A stretch of DNA of 64,000 nucleotides from Cenarchaeum sp. (GCA_965212015.1 OZ243037.1:1536001-1600000), one strand, 5' to 3'. Numbered from the stretch's first letter, positions 18,430 to 28,894 are shown. Notes: generated from the letters alone by a model not told the origin. Numbers and translations are program-made.

Positions 18430-20364
18430 TTAGACACCGAATTCTTTGACGACGTCTAGCTGGTTTCTGTGTCTGGCCTCCGAATAGATGTCTTTTTTCC
18501 GAACCAGCTTACGAGTCAGCAGGTAATCAAGAATATTTGCCAGCTCATTCCTGCTTATAGGCATGGTGCCTCGTTTTAATTCCACCAGCAAGTCAATCCA
18601 CGCTTTTTTCGGTGAGGCCAAAGTAGCAGTGAGCCTTTTTGCCGATTCCCGTATTATGATGAATTTGGTTTTATCGGAATAACCCATCATGGCTTTCACA
18701 TCCCTGCCTTTTGGATTGATTATGACGCTGAATTTTTTTCCGGCAAAACCCATTATGACATCGTGCAAAAGCTGCCCCGTCCCGGTGCCTGTCTCTATAT
18801 TATAGGGGATTTTGTTGTATGCATTGTGTAGATATGATGACAATGTACTCAATCCAGTAAACTGGAAATCAAACTCGAATTTTTCGCTGAGATAGTCATG
18901 CAAATCAATCAGGTTATCGGCCAAATGATATTCGCGCATTGGGATTGCCTCGGGTTTTCTCTTTGGTTTTTTCTTTTTGTCTGACCATTTTTGAATAAAT
19001 TTTGACCAAGAGGCATTGCGTTTTTTCAAAAATTCGTCATATTTTTCAAACTCGGGCAGGATATGTTTGGCCTCAAGCCCTATGAGGCCTATGAGAAACA
19101 GAGGATTGCCCACTGCCTCGAACAGGGAATTTTTTCTGTTTACCGTGATTTTATACCCGTCCGAGGTTCTAGAAATGTCATACAGTTTGTCATCGTTTCT
19201 ATCCGCAAAGACAAAGTTAACCGTATCGGAATCATAATTGTAGGAGAATTCATCGGCCTTGTGCAATAACGTGTGGGCATCTGAGGTGTTTATTCTGGAT
19301 TTGATTTTTCCTTCCTGTTTTTCATCTACAGAATAATCTAATATCGATTGGATTGACGATATCGGAGGTGCTTTGGCGATTGAGCTGCGTATTGTTTCAA
19401 CGACAATCGGTTCTTTTTTAAAAGCATTCACAGATTCCTCGTAACTCAATGAATCCTCGATGAATCCCGTCTTGTGAAAGTTTGTGGGAACATGATCCAA
19501 TTCCAATTCTCCGACTATTTTTGCGACCTCCGGATGTGGCCGGATTCCAAATTTATCGAAGGCCTTGATTAACCTCTTGTTCTTGTAGAGGTGTATGCCA
19601 TAGTCTCCCCTGATTGAGCGTTTTTCAAGAAGTCCTATCCATCCCTTTAGACGATGGCCATCTGCCAACCCTATGTCTATTTTTTTCCTGCTGTCTTTGA
19701 CCATCCGTATCGGGGTTGCAGCACATTCCCTGCTGTTAACAAACAATGAAACCAATTCATCTTTAAAGTACGCGCCATACCTGATTCCAAAACTTTGCTT
19801 AAAGGCAGTTGTTTGATTTTGATATAACGCAACATTCAATTTGGAAATCTCGATCAGAGTCCCGTTCCACGGCCTGATCTTTTTTCTCGTCTCGACTTCA
19901 AAGCTCTTCCAGGTTTTTGTAGCATCGCGCAGCCATTCGTCCTCGTCATAATGAATGGCATATTCCACATCCGAATCTTCCTTTGTGGTTGTTATTGAAA
20001 ATGCCTTGCCAAGGGTGGAGCAGGCACTTTTCATTCCCAGCCCGAATTTTCCTAGCTTTTCCTGCCCTTTTGTTCCTTTTGCAATTATCAGCCCGTTTTT
20101 TAGTGTCTCCATATCCATTCCCATGCCGTCATCGACTACAGATATCGTCCTTCCAGTGAAATCCAGCGTGACGTCTATTCTCTCCCTTCTAGTATGGATT
20201 CTTGCATCAATTGCATTGTCAATCAGTTCGGCGATTGCCTGCTCTGTCTTGTATCCGGTTAATCCTAGTTTTTGAATCAGACTCTTGTCTGGAGTAATGT
20301 CTATTGACGTCTTGCCGGTCACTGTTTGAGATTTTTCCATGCTAATTTCCTTACTTTCTAGCAA
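18430..20364 (-). CDS. GHKL/MORC-type ATPase with extended C-terminal domain
   Basis: AIAELIDNAIDA, DDGMGM, GKFGLGMKSA, NGT; S5-like domain (YKNKRLI, HKTGF); lower GC than neighbours. Confidence 0.88.
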   Translation of the reverse strand: MLESKEISMEKSQTVTGKTSIDITPDKSLIQKLGLTGYKTEQAIAELIDNAIDARIHTRRERIDVTLDFTGRTISVVDDGMGMDMETLKNGLIIAKGTKGQEKLGKFGLGMKSACSTLGKAFSITTTKEDSDVEYAIHYDEDEWLRDATKTWKSFEVETRKKIRPWNGTLIEISKLNVALYQNQTTAFKQSFGIRYGAYFKDELVSLFVNSRECAATPIRMVKDSRKKIDIGLADGHRLKGWIGLLEKRSIRGDYGIHLYKNKRLIKAFDKFGIRPHPEVAKIVGELELDHVPTNFHKTGFIEDSLSYEESVNAFKKEPIVVETIRSSIAKAPPISSIQSILDYSVDEKQEGKIKSRINTSDAHTLLHKADEFSYNYDSDTVNFVFADRNDDKLYDISRTSDGYKITVNRKNSLFEAVGNPLFLIGLIGLEAKHILPEFEKYDEFLKKRNASWSKFIQKWSDKKKKPKRKPEAIPMREYHLADNLIDLHDYLSEKFEFDFQFTGLSTLSSYLHNAYNKIPYNIETGTGTGQLLHDVIMGFAGKKFSVIINPKGRDVKAMMGYSDKTKFIIIRESAKRLTATLASPKKAWIDLLVELKRGTMPISRNELANILDYLLTRKLVRKKDIYSEARHRNQLDVVKEFGV

Positions 20365-20835
20365 TTATTAGCACCACTATAATTTCTTTTTAATTTTATG
20401 TGCTTAAATCGTCTCATATTAGCACTCTATGATAGTAAAAATCCACTAAAAATATGGTGTATGGCCACATTATACCGTGACTGGGCGTGAATTTTACATC
20501 CCGGATGTCTTTAGACAGGTCGGGCCGGCGTGGGATATGGGCACAAATTGGCAGAAAAACCCCGTTCCTTGCCGGTGCCTGGTTTGAGGGAATATCGGTG
20601 AAATTCCGCCATGATGCCGGCTGGACAAAAAACCGACTTGAAACTTGGGTCTACATTTGTTCCCGCACGCCGGCACCATCCGGCAGGCTACGGCCCGTCC
20701 TGCCACTGTCCTGCGCGCTTTTTTGCCGGCGTCCCGCTAAGCGGGCCGGCGCTGCGATCCTTTGAATAACGTGATCCGGCGTTCTGATCCATTGTGTGAT
20801 GCGATCCGTTATTTCCGCAAAAAACTGAAACAAGG

Positions 20836-20843
20836 TTTATAAA
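20836..20843 (+). promoter_or_regulatory. TATA box of the complex III operon
   Basis: TTTATAAA about 25 nt before ATG 20868, with a purine-rich BRE-like tract upstream. Confidence 0.7.
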
Positions 20844-20867
20844 CAATTTGGCGAGTACGGAGCTTGA

Positions 20868-21467
20868 ATGTCTGAGGAGGGCCAAAAGACCGGCGGTTTG
20901 TCTAGGCGGGACTTTTTAAAACTGATGGGTGCTGCGGGAACCGGACTGGCCTTTGCGCCGTTCGTACCGTGGGGCAACTTTATGCCAAACCCGTCGTCTG
21001 CAACGCTAGAAAAGGTCCCCGTCGAGCTGCCAGACGGCAGCCAGGCAAACGCCAACACATTTCCGCTAAACCATGCCGAAGTCATCACCTATCCGAGGAC
21101 GGGGGACCGGGTGCTAGACGAGGAGGCGTTCAGAAAGTGGCAGTTCATCAGGCTGCCAGAAAACCTGGGGGGCGACAAGAACACAGTTGCGTCATTCAGG
21201 GCGTACAGCATGGTGTGCCTGCACCTGTGGTGTCTGTGGAAGTACTGGGACAGCAGGGAGCGCGGCGAGTGCCCGTGTCACGGCAGCATATATGATCCGT
21301 CGACGGGACAGGCAATAGCGGGGCCCGCATCGCTTCAGGCGCCGCCTTCCAACGTGCTGCCGCAGCTGACCTTTGAGGCCGACATTGACGGCGCAATGTG
21401 GATAGTGCCGCCGACGTGGGGCGTCAACCAAAACGGAGTAGTGGGATTTGGACGCTATATCAAGTAA
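20868..21467 (+). CDS. Rieske [2Fe-2S] protein with Tat signal, complex III
   Basis: SRRDFLK, CLHLWC, CPCHGS. Confidence 0.95.
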   Translation: MSEEGQKTGGLSRRDFLKLMGAAGTGLAFAPFVPWGNFMPNPSSATLEKVPVELPDGSQANANTFPLNHAEVITYPRTGDRVLDEEAFRKWQFIRLPENLGGDKNTVASFRAYSMVCLHLWCLWKYWDSRERGECPCHGSIYDPSTGQAIAGPASLQAPPSNVLPQLTFEADIDGAMWIVPPTWGVNQNGVVGFGRYIK

Positions 21468-22920
21468 GCACACCGGCTTTGTCGCCTTTATCTACTGGAT
21501 CTGGAACGGGATAGACCGGACCATATTCACCGCCATAAAGTTCTCGTTTCCCGCCAGGTTTGTCAGCCCGTTCGGGTTTTTGGGAATGCTCACGTTCATC
21601 GTGTTTGTGATACTTGGTATATCCGGCGCGCTTTTGATGTTCTACTATGAGCCGATACTGGACAGGGCGTGGGACAGCGTCGAGTTCATCAACGACGACG
21701 TCCCGTACGGCTTTCACATAAGGAACATACACTATCACGGATCCAACGCGATGGTGCTGCTGGCCATACTGCACATGTATTACCAGTATTTCAGCGGCAG
21801 ATACAAGATAAGAAACGAGATTCTGTGGGTGACCGGCGTGATACTCGGGACCGTGACCATACTGGAGGCCTTTACGGGATACGACATTATATTCAGCGAA
21901 AGGGCAGAGCTTGCAATCAGCATTGCGGCGTCCCTGACTAACTCCATGCCCATTGTGGGGCCCACCATACGCGACGCGATGTTTGGAAGCGGGTTCCACG
22001 ACTTTGTGCTGCGCTTTTACGCGCAGCACGTCTTTATCCTGCCGCTTGTCATGCTGGGGCTGATGGCCGTGCACTTTCCGAGGTTTCTGGTCTTTGACGT
22101 GCCGATGGTCATGGCGATATCCGGCGCAATCCTGATCACAGGCGGCGTGTTTCCGATTGATCTCGGATTCAAGTTCCAGCCGTCGGTGCCGCCGGGGATC
22201 ACCGTCCCGGAATGGTACCTGACTGGCCTGTATGCGTTTCTGAGGACGCAGTACGACAAGTTCGTCACCGGGGTGCTCTGGCCGGCGCTGTTCATCGGCT
22301 CGCTGCTGCTGATCCCGTTCCTTGACAGGTACAAAAAATTCTCGTGGAAGGACAGGCCCATAATAACGTCCTTTGGCATAGTGGGAATAGCGCAGATAAT
22401 GGTCACCACGTACTGGGGATTCTACATACCGGCAGACGTGGACCTGCCTCTAGTGGAGCGGCTGGTAATAGACCCGATATTTCTGTACCTTACAATGATA
22501 CTGCTGGTGCCGCTGGGATTCGGGTTTAGCTATATGATGATACTGATGGCCAGAGAGTCCGAAAGAAAGGCAAAGATGGCAAAAAGCAACGGCCCCAACA
22601 AGGTGGCGACCATAAACCTGTCAGACAAGTGGATCAACTGGGTGATAATAGCGCTAATTGCGTTTTTGGTGTTCCTGAACATAGCGGCGTACAATGCGTC
22701 AATCACCGGATTTAAGAACCTCTCGCTGTTCTGGGTCGGCCTCATACTGTTCGTGTTTGCGGCATTCTTCCACGTGTACAGGTACGCCATGGGCAAGTCA
22801 AAGGTCACACCGGAGGTGCCGCCGATGATACGGCAGCGGCCAAAGCTGCAAGAGCCGGAATCGGCGCCGCAGCTTGCCGACGGGACAAAGGCCGACGCGG
22901 ATCCGGGCGCGCCAAAATAG
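21448..22920 (+). CDS. petB: Cytochrome b of complex III
   Basis: RNIHYHGSN, haem His residues, PEWY motif, multiple TM helices. Confidence 0.95.
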   Translation: MDAISSKHTGFVAFIYWIWNGIDRTIFTAIKFSFPARFVSPFGFLGMLTFIVFVILGISGALLMFYYEPILDRAWDSVEFINDDVPYGFHIRNIHYHGSNAMVLLAILHMYYQYFSGRYKIRNEILWVTGVILGTVTILEAFTGYDIIFSERAELAISIAASLTNSMPIVGPTIRDAMFGSGFHDFVLRFYAQHVFILPLVMLGLMAVHFPRFLVFDVPMVMAISGAILITGGVFPIDLGFKFQPSVPPGITVPEWYLTGLYAFLRTQYDKFVTGVLWPALFIGSLLLIPFLDRYKKFSWKDRPIITSFGIVGIAQIMVTTYWGFYIPADVDLPLVERLVIDPIFLYLTMILLVPLGFGFSYMMILMARESERKAKMAKSNGPNKVATINLSDKWINWVIIALIAFLVFLNIAAYNASITGFKNLSLFWVGLILFVFAAFFHVYRYAMGKSKVTPEVPPMIRQRPKLQEPESAPQLADGTKADADPGAPK

Positions 22921-22973
22921 GGCGCGCATGATCTGCCCAAGCTTTATAAGACTTTTACAGACGTTTCCAATAG

Positions 22974-23441
22974 TTGAGCGAATCAAAGAGCAGCAGCGCG
23001 TACGGCATTGGCATAATGACAGTAATAGTGGGCATCTCTGCAGGCGTGATATTCTATCAGGGCTTTTACCTTCCAGAGTCGCTAGAAAAGCCCTCAGTTG
23101 ACGAGCACATTTTGCATCCTGAAAAGGACAGCGTAATCATCAGGATAGTTACGGGCTCTGCCCTGCAGGATCAGACAGAAAACTATGTTCCAAAGGACGT
23201 CGATGTGCAGCTGGGAATCGACAATCTGGTGGTGTGGATAAACGACGACGAGACTGCACATACGGTCACTGCGGATCACAGGTATGCAGAAGGGTACAGC
23301 GGCACATTTGGCTCTGACGGGGTGATACTTCCCGGCGAGCAGTACGAGTTTCTGTTTACAGAGCCCACCGTGGTGGAATACCACTGCACGCCACATCCGT
23401 GGATGAAGGCAGAGATTTCAGTCACAAAGCAGAGATTCTAG
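22974..23441 (+). CDS. Membrane-anchored blue copper (cupredoxin) protein
   Basis: N-terminal TM, AHTVT, YHCTPHPWM; TTTATAA upstream. Confidence 0.92.
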   Translation: MSESKSSSAYGIGIMTVIVGISAGVIFYQGFYLPESLEKPSVDEHILHPEKDSVIIRIVTGSALQDQTENYVPKDVDVQLGIDNLVVWINDDETAHTVTADHRYAEGYSGTFGSDGVILPGEQYEFLFTEPTVVEYHCTPHPWMKAEISVTKQRF

Positions 23442-23782
23442 GAGAATCTTGCAAACAGCACGTCGCTTTCAATCTCCTTGTGCTGCTCGATGACTGACGC
23501 CCTGAACTTGACGTCGTGGCCCCGGGCGGGCTCAAAGTCAATCGATGCGGTAAACTCTGCCCTGTTTTGCACCAAGAGATCCCTCTGTACGAACAGTCTG
23601 GTGCTCTGCTGGGTCTTTTTTTTGTTGCACGACCTGTAGGTGAGGAGCTCATTTGAGTCGAGAATCTGCGCATTGATCACTATCCCGTCAAACCTTCCGG
23701 AATAGTTTACAGTTACGGCGCCCCTGATCTCCTCGCCTGCGTGTATGTCGGCGCTCTCCAGCGCAATCTCTATGTCCTTCAC
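23438..23782 (-). CDS. Hypothetical beta-sandwich protein
   Basis: 114-aa ORF filling the gap with core-like codon use. Confidence 0.7.
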   Translation of the reverse strand: MKDIEIALESADIHAGEEIRGAVTVNYSGRFDGIVINAQILDSNELLTYRSCNKKKTQQSTRLFVQRDLLVQNRAEFTASIDFEPARGHDVKFRASVIEQHKEIESDVLFARFS

Positions 23783-23826
23783 CGTTATGGGGGTGCAGCA
23801 GCGCTAATTTATTCTGGACGGTCGGG

Positions 23827-24426
23827 CTATCTGTACCCCTCTTTTGGAAACTTCATTCCGGCCACCCTGGTGGTCTGATCCTCCATCCCTGCGAATTTTA
23901 CCACAGTCTCCCAGCTTTCAGAGATGATCCTTGCCACCCCGGATGGGACATAGTCCCTCCAGTCAGAACCGGCCCCGTTTGCCTCGACGTACATTTTTTC
24001 TTTTACCGACGTTGCCGACGTCTCCTTTCTGTGGCCTATCTTTGGGTGCAGGCGGTACATCCTGAGCATGTATCCCTCCGCCCTGTCGCCGGTGTACGTG
24101 AAATAGTCCCCCTTGACCCCGTCAAGAATCTGCCTGCGGAGCCTCCACGACTTGGGCGAGAGCAGCGGCGGCATGTACCTGGAGAACGGGGCGTAAAACG
24201 TATAGCTCTTTGAGACCTCGATCGAGTCCCCAAAGACTGACTCGAGCATGTCCCTTCTTGCCCCAAAGCTGAACGGAAAGCTCCGGCTGTTTACCTCCCC
24301 GCCGGGGCCGCAAAAGATCACCGGCATCACCCGCACCGTATCGGACTGCGATTGCAGCTCGGAGATGATCTCCACATGTGCGTTGGTGACTGGGTTTAGG
24401 TGTGCCAGGTATAGCGCAGTTGTCAA
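23827..24426 (-). CDS. Cytidylyltransferase-like (HxGH class) nucleotidyltransferase, NadM-like
   Basis: LAHLNPVTNAH, PFSFGARRDM, SATSVK, WRDYVP. Confidence 0.75.
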   Translation of the reverse strand: MTTALYLAHLNPVTNAHVEIISELQSQSDTVRVMPVIFCGPGGEVNSRSFPFSFGARRDMLESVFGDSIEVSKSYTFYAPFSRYMPPLLSPKSWRLRRQILDGVKGDYFTYTGDRAEGYMLRMYRLHPKIGHRKETSATSVKEKMYVEANGAGSDWRDYVPSGVARIISESWETVVKFAGMEDQTTRVAGMKFPKEGYR

Positions 24427-24467
24427 CTATACCACGCTGGTTTTATGTCCTATTTCAATTATTGACA

Positions 24468-24541
24468 TGGGGACGATGGGATTTGAACCCACGATTTCCA
24501 GCACCCGAGGCTGGCAGTTTACCAAGCTAACCCACGTCCCC
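24468..24541 (-). tRNA. tRNA-Pro(CGG)
   Basis: GGGGACG acceptor stem, anticodon arm CCAGC-CTCGGGT-GCTGG, GGTTCAAATCC T-arm. Confidence 0.95.
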
Positions 24542-24578
24542 GATACTAGGACAAAACAGGACAATATTATCTCTACGA

Positions 24579-25424
24579 CTAGCCGTAGGACTCGTCTTTT
24601 ACCTCAAAACTCCCGTCGCTGCGCTTGTTGTGCATGGTCACAAAGCCCCTCGGCTTTAAAAAGTCCATTGCGCCGTCGATCGTCCCCTGCCAGCCGCAGA
24701 TGTAAAATATGGTATTGTCCCTTGTTATCTTTTCGCCCACCAGGTGCTCTAGCGGCGACATGTCGTCGTCCCTCGGCCTCAGAAACGTCTCCACCCTGCC
24801 TGTCTGCCCGCCCCACGAGCGGTTGAACCATTCCTGGGGCCTGCTGATTGCAGCCCTGTATCTAAAGTTCCACTTGTCCTTTCCCCTGTCGAGGCTGTCG
24901 TATTCCAGCTTTGTAAAGAGGTTCTTGTATGCAAGCTCGTCCACATAGCTTGCCCCGTGCAGCACTACTATCTCCCTCTTGTCAGATGACGCATGCAGGT
25001 GCTGGGCCATGCTGACAAACGGGGCGATTCCCGTCCCCCCGCCTACACAGACAATCCTCCTGTTATCCGGGCTGCCGTCTGGCAGCGTCTCGTTGACTAG
25101 AAGGGCCTGTCCAGTCGGCTTTAGCCACCCGATCTCGTCGCCCTCCTTGACGTTGAACAGCTCAGTCGTAAGGCGTCCTGGAACGGGCTTTCTTACCCAT
25201 CTTATGAACAGCTCTACGTATTTCCGATTCTCCGGGTGGGACGCAATAGAGTATGCCCTGCGTATGATCTTGTCGTTTTCGCTTTTTACGGTGTGTCCTA
25301 TGGTGATAAACTGTCCCGCCTTGTACTGGGGGACCTCTCCGTCGCTTGGCACAAAGCGCATCACCATCAGATCATCCTTTAGCAATTGGACATAGGTGAC
25401 GGTTGCCTTGTTGTCTACGACCAT
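24579..25424 (-). CDS. fpr: Ferredoxin-NADP+ reductase
   Basis: RAYSIAS, GGTGIAPF, YICG, C-terminal ESYG. Confidence 0.92.
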   Translation of the reverse strand: MVVDNKATVTYVQLLKDDLMVMRFVPSDGEVPQYKAGQFITIGHTVKSENDKIIRRAYSIASHPENRKYVELFIRWVRKPVPGRLTTELFNVKEGDEIGWLKPTGQALLVNETLPDGSPDNRRIVCVGGGTGIAPFVSMAQHLHASSDKREIVVLHGASYVDELAYKNLFTKLEYDSLDRGKDKWNFRYRAAISRPQEWFNRSWGGQTGRVETFLRPRDDDMSPLEHLVGEKITRDNTIFYICGWQGTIDGAMDFLKPRGFVTMHNKRSDGSFEVKDESYG

Positions 25425-25746
25425 TTTGGTTAATCACACCTTAAAGGTTAAATATCTTATGTTGACAGAATGCCACAAAACCGCCACATGGCGCAGATTG
25501 CAACACGGGGACGGTTTTGTATGCGGATGCCTGCTCCTGCAAATCCGCAATGTGTGAATTTCGGGGGATCGGGACCGAGACACGGGGTCGTATCCGGGGG
25601 GCGTCACCTGATGTGTGGGCCCTGCCGGTGTGACGGAAGGGACGTGCCGGCATTGCAAAACATGTCGGTTTTTTTTGCGCGGTATAGCTAGACGTAAATA
25701 ACAACGCACAAAAGCCTTATCGGCTGGATTTTTCCAGGCATTGTGT

Positions 25747-25820
25747 GGGCCGGTCGTCTAGACTGGTAGGATACGCCCTTGGCATGGGTGAGATCGAGGG
25801 TTCAAATCCCTCCCGGTCCA
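25747..25820 (+). tRNA. tRNA-Ala(GGC)
   Basis: GGGCCGG/CCGGTCC acceptor stem, anticodon arm CGCCC-TTGGCAT-GGGTG, GGTTCAAATCC. Confidence 0.95.
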
Positions 25821-25862
25821 TGCCTCTACAGTCACTTTTATCGGTTCCAGACATTGGAATGT

Positions 25863-27080
25863 ATGATGAAACTGACAAGGGACGAATTTCAAAGGGTGAA
25901 TGCGGCATCATCGCTGGAGCTGTTCTATCAGGGGATAAAGGCAGAAGAGACGCGCGACAAGTATACGCGCACGCTGCGCCAGGTGCTGTGTGGGATACTC
26001 GAGGAGATACTGGACGGCAATTTCGAGGAGCGCGCAGAGCAGTTTGTAAAGTACGGCAGGGAGAACCCGGAATGGATGCGCGACCTGATGCTGAGCATCT
26101 CCAAAAAGCTGCGGCACAGGACGCAGCTGAGCCGGAACCATGCGGACTATTTCAACCCGGTATCGTTCGGGAACTATTTCAAGCCGGTAAAAAAGCTGCT
26201 AGAGATGAATGACGTGGTAATATCCTGGAAGCGCGTGTATGCCACGTTTCCAGAGCTTGACAACGTGTCGGACTCGCGCGGATGGCACCGCGAGGAGATA
26301 CAGAGGATGCTCAGGTTCACGAGGGGGCCAATGGACAGGGCCATAATACTGGTAGCTGCCAGCTCCGGCATACGGGCCGGCGGCTTTGATCTCAGGTGGG
26401 ATGATCTAATCCCCATATACAGGAACGGCGACGGTCTGGGATTCGAGGGTGAGACGCTTGCATGCGCCATGATACGCGTATACCGCGGAACAAATGCAGA
26501 GTATCCCGGGTTCATAACGCCGGAGGCGTACCGGGCGCTGCAGAACCACCGCGACACGTGGACAGTCGAGGTCGGAAGGGAGCCGGAGGGCACGGATCCG
26601 ATATTCAAAAAGGAGGGCCCGCTTCCAAGAAAGGCCACGCAGATATCGATCAGGAAGAGATTGGACAGAATGATCCGCAGCGCCGGGTTGAGGGCCGAGC
26701 AGCGCAAGACAAGAAGAAGGTTCGAGGTCCCCATGATGAACGGGTTTCGGCGGTTCTGGAACAAGGCCTGCAAGGAGTCGCTCTCAAAGGAATCGCCGCT
26801 CTCCTCGCTGATCAAAAAGGAGTACATGATGGGCCATTCCGGACTGGTGAGCCTGGATCGGAACTATTTCAAGACGCACACGATAGAGCTGGCAGAGGAG
26901 TATTTGTGTGCGGTGCCTAACCTTACAATGGATGATTCCATACGGCTTGCCGAGTCAAACCGCCGCAAGAACGCCCGGATAGCGGAGCTTGAGGGCGAGA
27001 GAGAAAAGATGACGGATCTGCGCGGCATGGTGGAATCACTTGCCGACAGGATTGAAGGAATCTCGAGGGAAAAAAATTGA
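25863..27080 (+). CDS. Tyrosine recombinase/integrase
   Basis: SSGIRAG (Arg), NGFRRF, MMGHSG, DRNYF (Tyr); starts 42 nt after tRNA-Ala. Confidence 0.9.
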   Translation: MMKLTRDEFQRVNAASSLELFYQGIKAEETRDKYTRTLRQVLCGILEEILDGNFEERAEQFVKYGRENPEWMRDLMLSISKKLRHRTQLSRNHADYFNPVSFGNYFKPVKKLLEMNDVVISWKRVYATFPELDNVSDSRGWHREEIQRMLRFTRGPMDRAIILVAASSGIRAGGFDLRWDDLIPIYRNGDGLGFEGETLACAMIRVYRGTNAEYPGFITPEAYRALQNHRDTWTVEVGREPEGTDPIFKKEGPLPRKATQISIRKRLDRMIRSAGLRAEQRKTRRRFEVPMMNGFRRFWNKACKESLSKESPLSSLIKKEYMMGHSGLVSLDRNYFKTHTIELAEEYLCAVPNLTMDDSIRLAESNRRKNARIAELEGEREKMTDLRGMVESLADRIEGISREKN

Positions 27081-28148
27081 TAATTTTTTTTGATAGAATC
27101 AGTCTTCCAAGAGCTTGCGGGCGCATGATGCCAGACCGATGTCCGTATGACTTGAGATTTCCCCGTGACACGAGGGGCATATTTTTTTCACTCCACATAT
27201 GATTTGATTTGCTTATAAGTGCATTTTTTTTCGAGTCATCACCCCATCGTCTATCATATACAGTAGTGGGGGTGTGATGTTTTAACCTCTTTTTATATGC
27301 CCAAAACCGCCGATCAGACCTAATTTCCCAATACCCTTGACTGTCCGGACGATGATTCGTAGGCAATACCTACATCCGTGGATCATTTTTTTGACCAAAT
27401 CATGCATGACTACACGATCACATCGTAAGTAAAAATCTAGACTACGACCGCAGGTTAAAGGACTAGAGTCATCATGCACCAAGCGATCGGCTTTACATTT
27501 AGCGTAAAGTCAAAATCAAGACTTTTGCGTGTCTTTCTCAACTTTACGTTGATTATGGCTTCGAATACAGAAATGCCTGCGGTTTTGCTGTATATAAGAA
27601 GTAAATCTTGGTCCAAACACTCAAGCATCTAAATGGTGGCTTGTGCAACCTGGAGGAATCAATCATAAAGCATTTACAAAGACCCGAATAGCAGGCCCGT
27701 CAAAGCACGGTTCTGCCCAGTCTCGATGTCCAGGATGGATACGTATTCTGATCGCAGTATACGGGATTTATTCTTGATTTGGAGATTTTGGGCATACTTT
27801 CTGATAATCCAGAGATATGGCATCTGAGCGGTAGGGTTTTTCCAGGTTTGAGGCGGTTTCAGAGAATCGTACGGCAATAGAGGATTCCGTACGCAAGTGC
27901 AATATGGCCGGCCTGGTCTACCCATCATCTGATGCGTTAAAAGGACACCTGACGTAATAGGTTAGATCCGGTGCCTGTGGATCCAAATATCCCCCTTGGA
28001 CCTACCTGTTACCACTTGACTGCTAGTCACTATATATACTCCAAACGATAACATATTATACTATCTTTACTGACAATAGTTATCCGTATTCGAATCTCTT
28101 GGATCATCTGAGATGGGGACATCAAGGGCTCATGTGGATACGGCACTA

Positions 28149-28715
28149 TTATTTTGAAATTATATGCGTATTCTTTTCCATAAATCTTGTAAAATCCAGT
28201 TGAATCGTTCCGAATGGTTCCACACCTTTGTTATTTGACCAAGCGACAAGATCAGACAACATGTGCACATATTTTTTATCAATATGTTGTAATCCATTGT
28301 CTATTGCAAACCACTTGCAATCCTCATCACACTCAAAAACAATATCCGATAACTCTATGTTATGTTTACGTGCAAATTCTATAATTCGATCATTTATGAA
28401 TTTAAATAATGAATGATTATATGAGCGCAAAACCACGGCATTCCGCATCATTGGTTTTTTCTTTCTCATTTTTTTAATTATTTGATCCCTTTCAATCAGT
28501 ATACAAAAAGCAATATTTTCTCTATTGTTAAATTTGAGTTGGGAGGCAAGCGCTTTCCGGGTTTCAGTGGTTTTTGTTGACATGGCTGATAATCGATCTA
28601 ATTTTAAACGTTTGACTGTTGAATCAAGGTTTTCTTGCGTCCCGATCACAATTCCCATAAACTTATAATTTCCATCTTTTTGATTTCCTGAAACATCCAT
28701 TCCTGCAAGAAGCAT
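28149..28715 (-). CDS. DUF3800-like protein
   Basis: N-terminal GMDVSGN, central VFECD, C-terminal HMLSDLVAW (cf. DESG...QLAD pattern). Confidence 0.6.
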   Translation of the reverse strand: MLLAGMDVSGNQKDGNYKFMGIVIGTQENLDSTVKRLKLDRLSAMSTKTTETRKALASQLKFNNRENIAFCILIERDQIIKKMRKKKPMMRNAVVLRSYNHSLFKFINDRIIEFARKHNIELSDIVFECDEDCKWFAIDNGLQHIDKKYVHMLSDLVAWSNNKGVEPFGTIQLDFTRFMEKNTHIISK

Positions 28716-28758
28716 GATATATCCATATGATTTTACACCCAATATTACTATAATGATC

Positions 28759-28894
28759 AAGATCCTTATCGGCAAACTCCGTTTTCCTCACATGCCGTTC
28801 AATTTGATTCCCTGTTTCTCAGACCACCATTATCATGATCCGAATCATCCCATGCCCAAGTCTCCTCATACGAGTAATATGATAGACGATCAGA
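28759..28894. repeat. Degenerate dispersed repeat, copy C
   Basis: AAGATCCTTATCGGCAAA..GTTCAATTTGATTCC..CATGATCCGAATCATCCCATGCCCAAG..GATCAGA aligns to 31804-31937. Confidence 0.75.

Noticed and set aside
20365-20830. Possible ncRNA in the 470-bp spacer before the Rieske gene
   Set aside because: Only short palindromes (e.g. ACATCCCGGATGT); no recognisable RNA family by eye.
20868-23441. Complex III with a blue-copper protein in place of cytochrome c1 as a novelty
   Set aside because: Already established for ammonia-oxidising archaea.
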